Assembly: GCA_020024515.1 (NCBI GenBank)
Contig: JAHHTR010000001.1
Coordinates: 1,635 to 65,634, forward strand
Source: Angelakisella sp.
GTDB lineage: Bacteria; Bacillota; Clostridia; Oscillospirales; Ruminococcaceae
DNA: 64,000 nt
Reading direction: 5' to 3'
This document shows positions 9,389 through 16,541 of this stretch, piece after piece (position 1 is the stretch's first letter; each line of letters opens with the position of its first letter). Below the pieces are notes generated by a model that worked only from the letters and a program-made list of their open reading frames with translations, did not search any database and had not been told where the DNA came from. A program made the translations under genes and the position numbers.

Positions 9389-9818
9389 ATGAAAAGTGTA
9401 ACACAAACCTGTAAATATCGTCAAGCCTTAATTTTGTATTCCAAAAAATACGGAGTAACCAAAGCCACTGTAAGATACAGAACAAACCGTCAATATATCT
9501 ATCGTTGGTTAAAACGGTATGATGGTACATTGCAGTCTTTATCTGACAAATCTCACCGTCCACATCATCACCCAAACGAACATACAACATAAATTAATCC
9601 GTCCATTTACACTCCGACATAACGGTAAAGCAGAACGTAGTCACCGTAAAGATAACGAATATTTTTATGCAACACATAAATTTTATTCGTTTGATGACTT
9701 TAAAAAGCAACTTGCTCTACATAACAGAAAGTACAATAATTTTCCTATGCGTCCTCTAAATTGGCCTTCTCCTGCTGATTACATCAACTCTTTTTTAACA
9801 ACAGAAGAAGTTTTCTGA
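9389..9818 (+). pseudogene. Remnant of an rve-integrase (IS481/IS3-superfamily) transposase lacking the catalytic core
   Basis: N-terminal HTH part (MKSVTQTCKYRQALILYSKKYGVTKATVRYRTNRQYIYRWLKRYDG...SHRPHHHPNEHT) stops at 9592. A different frame carries only the extreme C-terminus of rve transposases (IQHKLIRPFTLRHNGKAERSHRKDNEYFY...NNFPMRPLNW). The two parts abut at about 9580-9595, so the DDE core of roughly 170-200 aa is absent. Confidence 0.6.
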
Positions 9819-9972
9819 TTTTGTAACACATCATTAACAAACCTACATTATCATTAAAATATTTCATCATATGAAATACATGTTTTGAATTCAAAATAAG
9901 GATAGAATTAACCTGTAAACATATAAATTATAATTTAACTTAAAATAATTCCAATTATCATAATATTTTATA

Positions 9973-10000
9973 TTGACATATTAAATATTATTGTTATAAT
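9973..10000 (+). promoter_or_regulatory. Consensus sigma-A type promoter (TTGACA-16 nt-TGtTATAAT)
   Basis: TTGACA at 9973-9978 and TATAAT at 9995-10000, with a TG extended -10 at 9992-9993. Lies 94 nt upstream of ATG 10094. Confidence 0.5.
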
Positions 10001-10011
10001 AGTATTAAATA

Positions 10012-10023
10012 GAACAAATGTTC
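10012..10023. promoter_or_regulatory. LexA (Cheo/SOS) box GAACAAATGTTC
   Basis: Matches the Firmicutes SOS-box core GAAC-N4-GTTC exactly, 12 nt downstream of the -10 element. A degenerate second copy AAAC-ATTT-GTTT lies within 10038-10051. Confidence 0.45.
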
Positions 10024-10093
10024 TAAAATGCTACTATAAAACATTTGTTTTGAAAAATTAATTTTAGTATAGTTTTAATAGGAGGAATAATAT

Positions 10094-10658
10094 ATGAAAA
10101 AAGATAGTAAACGAATCAGTAATATTAAATGTATATACTCAGATAAAGAAATGGATTATAAAAAAAATATACTATAAGACAAAATTACTTTTATCTATAT
10201 ATAGAAATATTGTATGGCAATCTTTAAATGCAAATGACAATATATATGATGATATAATTGCTATAAATGCAGATTTTTACAGTAATGAGTTAAATACTGC
10301 TCTTACATATCTGACAGATTTTGCTCCGACTGAGGAAAGAACAATTTTTGAAAATCGTATAAATTCTTTATTTAAAACTAAATAGATAATAGAACTTATT
10401 GATAAAGCTATGTATAAAGTGTATTTATATTATGATAATGGTGAAATATATCATCAACTTTTAACAATGAAATATCTTTCATCTTATAAATATACTGAAA
10501 ATAAAATATTAGATATTCTTCATATGGAACGCAGTACATATTACAGAAAGAAAAAAGAAGCCATAATGCTTTTAGGAATATCACTTTTGGGATACTCAAT
10601 TCCCGAAATGAAAAAGTCTTTAAACAATGTAGCAAATTTAAAAATTAATTGTAATTAG
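10094..10658 (+). pseudogene. Disrupted small HTH / sigma-region-4-like regulator (phage or mobile-element type)
   Basis: GGAGGA RBS and ATG at 10094. The frame stops at TAA 10175 after an A8 run (10160-10167). One A fewer would fuse it to a frame that reads ...KLLLSIYRNIVWQSLN...TEERTIFENRINSLFKTK, then in-frame TAG at 10383. The same frame continues IIELIDKAMYKVYLYYDNGEIYHQLLTMKYL...ILDILHMERSTYYRKKKEAIMLLGISLLG, a C-terminal HTH of the ...STYYR.K.EA... type. Confidence 0.45.
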
Positions 10659-11484
10659 GACCTGTTAACACTAATTGACAAAAAAATTTTTATGTTGTAG
10701 AATAAAAATATGGAAATAACAAAAGAACAATACGAGCAGATAGAGAAATATTTACCTCGGCAACGTGGTAACGTAAGCATGAGCAACCTCCAACTGATCA
10801 ATGCGCTGCTGTATATCACCGAAAACGGCTGCAAATGGAGAGCATTGCCGGAAAAATACGGGAATTGGCATACAATTTATGTACGTTGAACAGATGGAGC
10901 AAAAATGGTGTATTGCAACGTTTATTTGAGGCACTGCAATCAGAGGGTATCATCAAAATCAAAGTAAATACCATTTGCCTTGACAGCACTACGGTAAAAG
11001 TTCACCCGAATGGAACAGGAGCGTTAAAAAAAGAGGAAAACAGTCTGTAGGATGTTCACAGGGTGGACTGACCACAAAAATTCATATGATTACCGCATCT
11101 GACAGAGCAGTTGTTGAATTCTCGTTATCCGGAGGGGAAACGCATGACTCACCGGAAGGAATAGCTTTACTTAAACGTATGAAATGGCAGAACAGGCAGA
11201 CATATATTTTAATGGATCGTGCATATGAAGGGGATAAAATGCGTTTAACAGCAGTAGAAAGAGGTTTTATTCCTGTTGTTCCTCCAAAAAGTAACCGTAA
11301 AGAGCCGTGGGAATATGATAAAGAACGTTATAAGCAACGCAATGAAATTGAACGCTGTTTTCTTAGGTTAAAACGCTTTCGTAAGATTTTTACCCGCTAT
11401 GATAAGCTTGATGTGATGTTTTCCGGTTTTATTTTCTTAGCTATTGTTTTTGATACAATTTTAGGGTGAACACACTCTAATTAC
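10651..11484 (+). mobile_element. IS5-family insertion sequence (IS427/IS1031-like organisation); boundaries approximate
   Basis: Imperfect terminal inverted repeats: GTAATTAGGACCTGTTAACAC (10651-10671) against the reverse complement of 11464-11484, GTAATTAGAGTGTGTTCACCC (15/21 identical). The palindromic hexamer TAATTA sits at both junctions (10652-10657, 11478-11483). Encloses the transposase frames listed next. Confidence 0.55.
10710..11469 (+). pseudogene. IS5-family DDE transposase split over three frames
   Basis: Frame a: MEITKEQYEQIEKYLPRQRGNVSMSNLQLINALLYITENGCKWRALPEKYGNWHTIYVR, then TGA at 10887. Frame b: LNRWSKNGVLQRLFEALQSEGIIKIKVNTICLDSTTVKVHPNGTGALKK, reaching the A7G run at 11026-11033. 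Frame c: RGKQSVGCSQGGLTTKIHMITASDRAVVEFSLSGGETHD...MDRAYEGDKMR...RNEIERCFLRLKRFRKIFTRYDKL. The combined sequence is a typical IS5-family protein. Confidence 0.7.
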
Positions 11485-11654
11485 CTTCTTAAAAATATTT
11501 ATTTTCGAAGTATAACAAAAAAGCCTGTAAACTGCTACTATAAGCTAGTTTACAAGCTTTATATCTTTCATTAGTGTATAAAAAAGTTATCATTTAAAAT
11601 TTAGCTAAGCTTTCAAAAAATAGTTAGTATTATATTATACTCTTTATAACGTGA

Positions 11655-11692
11655 GAACAAAAAAATAGACGTGAACAATACTTTGCTCACGT
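11655..11692 (-). terminator. Intrinsic terminator of the tRNA-Pro unit
   Basis: Minus-strand RNA ACGUGAGC-AAAGUAUU-GUUCACGU (8 bp including one G-U) followed by CUAUUUUUUUG. Confidence 0.6.
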
Positions 11693-11714
11693 CCCACAAA
11701 CGGCGGTTCGCCGT

Positions 11715-11790
11715 TGGTCTGAGTGACCTGATTTGAACAGGCGACCTCTACCACCCCAAGGTAGCGCGCTACCATCTGCGCCACACCCAG
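11715..11790 (-). tRNA. tRNA-Pro (anticodon GGG), CCA encoded
   Basis: Hand-folded 76-nt cloverleaf: acceptor CTGGGTG/CACTCAG, D stem GCGC/GCGC and anticodon stem CTACC/GGTAG. The loop TTGGGGT gives anticodon GGG with G37. T stem GCCTG/CAGGT with loop TTCAAAT, discriminator A, then CCA. Confidence 0.9.
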
Positions 11791-11806
11791 ATAAAATTAC
11801 CAAACT

Positions 11807-11835
11807 ATTATACTATAAAAAATCAATCAAGTCAA
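11807..11835 (-). promoter_or_regulatory. Sigma-A type promoter for tRNA-Pro (TTGACT-17 nt-TATAAT)
   Basis: On the minus strand, TTGACT (11835-11830), a 17-nt spacer, then TATAAT (11812-11807). The -10 element ends 16 nt before the tRNA 5' end. Confidence 0.5.
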
Positions 11836-12124
11836 GATAAAAATCTATTCTATACCCCCACTGTTTAAAAATATTTCTTATTTTTTTGCTTTTGATTTTA
11901 ACTTAACAATAAAAAATATATAGTAACCACATTATTCAGTTAAATCATTAAAGTGTCACTAACTATATAATATATTTATTAATCACTTTATAAAACAAAT
12001 TACATATATACTGTAAGCTATTAATTATTTGAGTAAATCTATCTAATAAAACTAATATTTTTTAAAGTTTTTTAGTCATTTTTAGCTAAAATAAAGAAAC
12101 AGCTAAAAAGTTTTAAAAAAAAGC

Positions 12125-12151
12125 TAAAGTTTTGATTTTTAGTGTCGAATT
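12125..12151 (+). promoter_or_regulatory. Sigma-28 (SigD/FliA)-type promoter upstream of flagellin
   Basis: TAAA (12125-12128), exactly 15 nt, then GTCGAATT (12144-12151). Compared with the consensus TAAA-N15-GCCGATAT, 5/8 positions match in the -10 element and the CGA core is kept. Confidence 0.5.
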
Positions 12152-12226
12152 ATATTGTTGTAGGGGAAACAAAAAAGATTTTGTGTGCATACGAAATACT
12201 TTGTTTTCCCGACAAAAATAGTAAAA

Positions 12227-12242
12227 GCTATATGGATATAGC
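12227..12242 (+). promoter_or_regulatory. Candidate CsrA-binding hairpin (GGA in loop) in the flagellin 5' UTR
   Basis: GCTATA-TGGA-TATAGC is a perfect 6-bp stem presenting GGA in the loop, 14 nt upstream of the SD AAGGAG (12256-12261), which holds a second GGA. Confidence 0.35.
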
Positions 12243-12271
12243 AAAATAAAAATTTAAGGAGATAAAAAATT

Positions 12272-13135
12272 ATGGTTATTCAACACAATACTATGGCTAT
12301 GAACGCTCACCGTTCACTAATAGGTAACAACAGCATGGTTCAAAAGAACCTAGAAAAACTATCAAGCGGTTACCGTATCAACCGCGCAGGCGATGACGCC
12401 GCAGGTCTTGCTATTTCAGAAAAAATGAGAGCACAAATCAAAAACTTGGAGCAATCACAAAGAAACGCGCAAGACGGTGTTTCTCTTATTCAAACAGCCG
12501 AGGGTGCGCTAACAGAGGTGCACTCAATGCTAAACCGAATGGTTGAACTAGTTACCCAAGCTTCTAACGGTACATACACCGCCGAAGACCTTAACTCTAT
12601 AAAGTCTGAGACCGACTCGTTGGTAAATGAGATTGACCGTATCGTTGGCGACACGAATTTCAACGGCAAAAAGGTTCTAGACCTTACTACCGTGAAAGAC
12701 CTCAAAATCCAAGTGGGAGACGGAACTAACGCGGTAATTCAGCTATCCGACCTCTCAAAAGTTTACGTAGGGGCCGACTCCTACTCAGCGGTGGACTGCT
12801 CAACCCTCAAACTGACCGGAAGTGCAATCTTCTCAGGATCAAACTCATCGACAACGCTAAATTCAAGCGCCCTGGGAACCGTCCAAAATGCGATTAAGGC
12901 AATTTCAGACCTACGCTCAAAATTTGGTGCTTACCAAAATCGTTTGGAACATACGATAAATAACTTAGGGACAACGACGGAAAACTTGACAGCTTCTGAG
13001 AGCCGTATCCGTGACTCCGATATGGCTAAAGAGATGATGGCATTCACAAAGAACAACGTCCTATCCCAGGCGGCTCAGAGTATGCTAGCTCAGTCCAACC
13101 AGCAACCTCAACAGATCCTCCAGCTTCTAAGATAA
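12272..13135 (+). CDS. fliC: Flagellin (short, 287 aa)
   Basis: Conserved N-terminus (MVIQHNTMAMNAHRSLIGNN...LSSGYRINRAGDDAAGLAISEKMRAQIKNLEQSQRNAQDGVSLIQTAEGAL) and C-terminus (...FGAYQNRLEHTINNLGTTTENLTASESRIRDSDMAKEMMAFTKNNVLSQAAQSMLAQSNQQPQQILQLLR). Strong RBS. Confidence 0.95.
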   Translation: MVIQHNTMAMNAHRSLIGNNSMVQKNLEKLSSGYRINRAGDDAAGLAISEKMRAQIKNLEQSQRNAQDGVSLIQTAEGALTEVHSMLNRMVELVTQASNGTYTAEDLNSIKSETDSLVNEIDRIVGDTNFNGKKVLDLTTVKDLKIQVGDGTNAVIQLSDLSKVYVGADSYSAVDCSTLKLTGSAIFSGSNSSTTLNSSALGTVQNAIKAISDLRSKFGAYQNRLEHTINNLGTTTENLTASESRIRDSDMAKEMMAFTKNNVLSQAAQSMLAQSNQQPQQILQLLR

Positions 13136-13180
13136 TTTTTTAACCGCTGGAGTTTAACTGCATATTATAAAATGATAAGG

Positions 13181-13211
13181 CCACAGGCAATGCACTGCCT
13201 GTGGTTCTTTT
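13181..13211 (+). terminator. Intrinsic terminator after flagellin
   Basis: CCACAGGCA-ATGCAC-TGCCTGTGG (9-bp perfect stem) followed by TTCTTTT. Confidence 0.7.
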
Positions 13212-13263
13212 AAGTTTAAAATATATAACCATGTTAAATATTTTATAAAAGGAGTTGTAAATA

Positions 13264-15303
13264 TTGACTAAACTTGAACTTGCGCGTAAATGCGCAGAAA
13301 TCGGTGATTTTGAAAATTCAGTAAATGCCTATACACTTGCGCTCAAAGAAAACGAACATAAAGATACCCTTGTTGACTTTGAATGTGCGATGTATATATT
13401 GCAGTTTGGTGAGGACTACAAGTTGTCTTATGATACATTTATATATCTTTACAATAATGGTCTGTATCAAAAAGAAATATTTGATGTGATGGTAACATCA
13501 TTCTATGCGCCGAATATGTCGCAACTGACAGAACAATTTGATGCCAATATAAAAAATCTAAATAAATATAAGTTCATATTCAATAAAAGTTTTATAGATT
13601 TCGATGATTTAAAGATTAAATTCTTTCCTTATGACGACAATCACTTTATTCCGTTTTATACAGAAAAAAACCAATTTGGTGAAAAAATCAATTTTAATTA
13701 CGAAGAAATTACGCATAACTTCTTCTCTGATTTAGAAAATCCTATTCTTGCCAAAGATATTTATTCGCAATATGAGCTTGAATATCTAAATGATAATGTT
13801 CGTAAAAGCGAATGGGTAGGCAGAGAAAATCATATATATTTACACTATACCGATTTTGCCGAATTTTGCTCATATTTACAGGTAATCAATTTCACCGATA
13901 TGCTGAAAGAGAAAAAACTTGTCTTTTTGTTTGATGAAGAAATTGAGATGTATCCGATTGACTTTAAAGAAATGTTCGATATTGATTATTCCAAATATCC
14001 GTTAAAACCGCTAAGTGTCAAAGAAGTTAATAAACTTATTTGGGCTGTTCAACTTTCTTCATCGAATGGTGGTGACTTTTTTAACGAAGTACTGGACTCC
14101 CACCCCAATATTTTACTGATACATTCATTAATGCATTACAATTTGGAAAAAATAATAAATGCAAAAAATCGATACATATCGCAAGATACATCTTTAAATA
14201 TATCTGAAGGATTAAATGATACTAGTTTCAATTTTAATATAAGCAAATACCTAAAAAAATACAGAGACAGTCTAACAGAAAAAGATGTTCTTGTTGCCTA
14301 TGCGCTTGGGCAAAATAAGTTTCACGACAGAGCGTCACGCATTGTTCCCGCTGTATATTTTCAACCTCACTTTCATAATCTTGAAACAGATTTAATTGAG
14401 TATGATGAAAAAGGAATAATATCTATTACAGAAGGAATTGAAAACACAGTACTTAACTATCCTTTTATAAAGCAATTCAAATATATAAAAACATTTACAC
14501 CTTTGAGAAGAATGACAACATCCTATTCTTCTACTATGAGATTTATAGCACAACAATTTGAAGACCTTTCTAAAAATTTATCAATTTTCAATCTCTCCAT
14601 AAGATGTATGATAAGAACATATATGATAAGCAAAAGTGAACGAGTATACAGAGACTCTAGGGTGGTACGTTACGAAGACGGCAAGCTGAATCCGGAGGCT
14701 ACGTTTACAGCCTTGGCTCAATTTTTGGATATTCCGTATACGGATACTATGAAATATTGCTCGCGATACGGAAAAGTTGATGCCGAATCTGACCCTACAA
14801 GTCTTGTAGGCTTTGATACCCGATCGGTTTTCAGAAAATACGAGGAATTTGTTGATCCAGAAGAACAGTATATGCTGGAATATATGCAACAAAACGCATA
14901 TAAAGAATATAAATATGACTTTCAATATTATGACGGCAAAGAAATTACAGAACAGAAAGCCGAACAATTAATCGAAGGGTGTCATAAACAACAGTCCATG
15001 GTTTGTGACAGAATGAAAGAATTTTTAAAGCAACGAGACGATAAATATAAATTATTTGATATATTAATAAACGGAAGAATATTATTTGCTCCTTCCATAA
15101 CATACGAAAACGAAGATGAACGTTTGGAAGATATTGACAAATTAGCTAAAAAATATTATAAATTTCACACTGACAAACTAAAAGAAATATTGATGACAAT
15201 TGACCCAAATGCAAGGGTAATTGATGAGAACGGTGACGATAAGGTGTTTATGAAACTTCTTGAACCTATTGAAGAACTAATGGTTGAGCCACTGTATCAC
15301 TAA
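13264..15303 (+). CDS. Large protein of unknown function with a sulfotransferase-like C-terminal half
   Basis: 679-aa ORF with a TTG start 8-9 nt after AAGGAG. Motifs resemble PAPS-sulfotransferases: QLSSSNGGDFFNEVLDSHPNIL (5'-PSB-loop position), PLRRMTTSYSS (3'-PB position) and RVVRYEDGKLNPEATFTALAQFLDIPY (typical C-terminal segment). I cannot assign the N-terminal 250 aa or so. Confidence refers to the functional call. The ORF itself is solid. Confidence 0.4.
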   Translation: MTKLELARKCAEIGDFENSVNAYTLALKENEHKDTLVDFECAMYILQFGEDYKLSYDTFIYLYNNGLYQKEIFDVMVTSFYAPNMSQLTEQFDANIKNLNKYKFIFNKSFIDFDDLKIKFFPYDDNHFIPFYTEKNQFGEKINFNYEEITHNFFSDLENPILAKDIYSQYELEYLNDNVRKSEWVGRENHIYLHYTDFAEFCSYLQVINFTDMLKEKKLVFLFDEEIEMYPIDFKEMFDIDYSKYPLKPLSVKEVNKLIWAVQLSSSNGGDFFNEVLDSHPNILLIHSLMHYNLEKIINAKNRYISQDTSLNISEGLNDTSFNFNISKYLKKYRDSLTEKDVLVAYALGQNKFHDRASRIVPAVYFQPHFHNLETDLIEYDEKGIISITEGIENTVLNYPFIKQFKYIKTFTPLRRMTTSYSSTMRFIAQQFEDLSKNLSIFNLSIRCMIRTYMISKSERVYRDSRVVRYEDGKLNPEATFTALAQFLDIPYTDTMKYCSRYGKVDAESDPTSLVGFDTRSVFRKYEEFVDPEEQYMLEYMQQNAYKEYKYDFQYYDGKEITEQKAEQLIEGCHKQQSMVCDRMKEFLKQRDDKYKLFDILINGRILFAPSITYENEDERLEDIDKLAKKYYKFHTDKLKEILMTIDPNARVIDENGDDKVFMKLLEPIEELMVEPLYH

Positions 15304-15315
15304 GGAGAAAAAACT

Positions 15316-15846
15316 ATGAAAAAAGTAAAACAAGGTACATTTTATGGCTTTATCGGACTTGCGGGTGTTGGTAAGACAGAAATGGCTATGCGTCTATATG
15401 ATTATTTGAAAAGTCAAAGAAACGATGTTGTTTTTTTTGACGGAGATATATTGCGTGATGTGGAGTATACTGTTTGCGGATACACACGTCAAGAAAGAGT
15501 AGAGGACAGCTTTCATTTTAATAAAATGATAAAGCTTTTGCTCGACCAAGGTATAAATATCGTTTATTCCACAATAGGACTTTTTGACGAAGTTATGGAA
15601 TGGCAATATCAAAATTATGAAAACTATGTCGAAATATACATTACTACTCCTATGGAAATTTTGAAAAAGAATAATAAGAAAAATCTTTATAGCGGAGAGA
15701 TTAAAGATGTTATAGGTATGGATATACCATTCGATGAGCCTAAACACACAACTTGCCATGTATATAACGATTTTACAAAAGACCCACAGCAGATAGTTGA
15801 AGACATAATAAAAGAACTTCGTGAAAAAGGCAAACTAATTGTATAG
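15316..15846 (+). CDS. Adenylylsulfate (APS) kinase-like P-loop protein
   Basis: P-loop GLAGVGKTE, then FDGDILR (CysC LDGDxxR), GYTRQERVED (CysC GFSxxDRxEN) and KNLYSGEIKDVIGMDIPFDEP (CysC KGLY...GIDxxYExP). AAGGAG RBS, 12 nt after the previous stop. Confidence 0.55.
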   Translation: MKKVKQGTFYGFIGLAGVGKTEMAMRLYDYLKSQRNDVVFFDGDILRDVEYTVCGYTRQERVEDSFHFNKMIKLLLDQGINIVYSTIGLFDEVMEWQYQNYENYVEIYITTPMEILKKNNKKNLYSGEIKDVIGMDIPFDEPKHTTCHVYNDFTKDPQQIVEDIIKELREKGKLIV

Positions 15847-15857
15847 GAGCAAATATT

Positions 15858-16460
15858 TTGAGTAATTATATCTTTCTTTTTGATTTGGATTCAACCATTA
15901 CAAGCGAAGAAATTTTGCCGACAATATCCAAAAAAATTAACCAAGAGACGGAAATGCGTGAACTCACAGAAAAAACAATGAGTGGAGATATACCTTTTAA
16001 TCCAAGTTTTTTACAGAGAGTAGATTTATTAAAAGATATTCCAATTACAGAAGTTCAGGATATTGTCAGTAATATAAAACTAAATAGTCATATTGTAGAT
16101 TTTATTCAAAACAACAAAGAAAGATGCTATATCGTTACAGGAAATCTTGATGTTTGGATTTTGCCCCTGATGAAAAAAATCGGTATGGAAAATCGCTTTT
16201 TTTCATCAAAAGCATTGGTAAAAGATAATAAATTGCAACAAGTTACTCATATAATAGAAAAGCAAACCGTTGTAAATATGTTTTCATCTCCTTTTGTTGC
16301 CATTGGTGATGGTGTTAACGATATCGCTATGATTAGTAATGCCAAAATAGGCATTGCCTATGCAGGTGTGCGACAAATATCAACTGCTGTTGTTAACTGC
16401 GCCACACATATATTCTATGAAGAAAACAAAATGTGTGAATTTCTAGAAACACTATTATAA
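15858..16460 (+). CDS. HAD-superfamily subfamily IB hydrolase (SerB/phosphoserine-phosphatase-like)
   Basis: Motif I FLFDLDSTIT and motif IV GDGVNDIAM. Cap region typical of the SerB-like subfamily. TTG start after AGGAG, 11 nt after the previous stop. Confidence 0.7.
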   Translation: MSNYIFLFDLDSTITSEEILPTISKKINQETEMRELTEKTMSGDIPFNPSFLQRVDLLKDIPITEVQDIVSNIKLNSHIVDFIQNNKERCYIVTGNLDVWILPLMKKIGMENRFFSSKALVKDNKLQQVTHIIEKQTVVNMFSSPFVAIGDGVNDIAMISNAKIGIAYAGVRQISTAVVNCATHIFYEENKMCEFLETLL

Positions 16461-16482
16461 TAAATATCATAACAATAAAAAA

Positions 16483-16516
16483 ATCCCCAAGTGTATTTAT
16501 TTATACATTTGGGGAT
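16483..16516. terminator. Bidirectional terminator between convergent genes
   Basis: ATCCCCAAGTGTAT-TTATTT-ATACATTTGGGGAT (14-bp stem with one wobble), flanked by an A-run on the left and a T-rich tract on the right. Confidence 0.6.
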
Positions 16517-16541
16517 AAATTATTTTATTTATAAATTTATA

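Noticed and set aside
9840-10090. Very AT-rich intergenic stretches (also 11840-12120) inspected for a CRISPR array or other regular repeats
   Set aside because: There is no repeat-spacer periodicity and no repeated unit of 20 nt or more. The content is explained by promoters and operators and by ordinary AT-rich spacer DNA.
10383-10385. In-frame TAG in the small regulator gene as possible pyrrolysine or programmed readthrough
   Set aside because: The same gene also carries a frameshift in an A8 tract and an IS at its 3' end. No pyl genes or PYLIS-like context is visible. TAG is one substitution from TGG, so simple decay is the economical reading.
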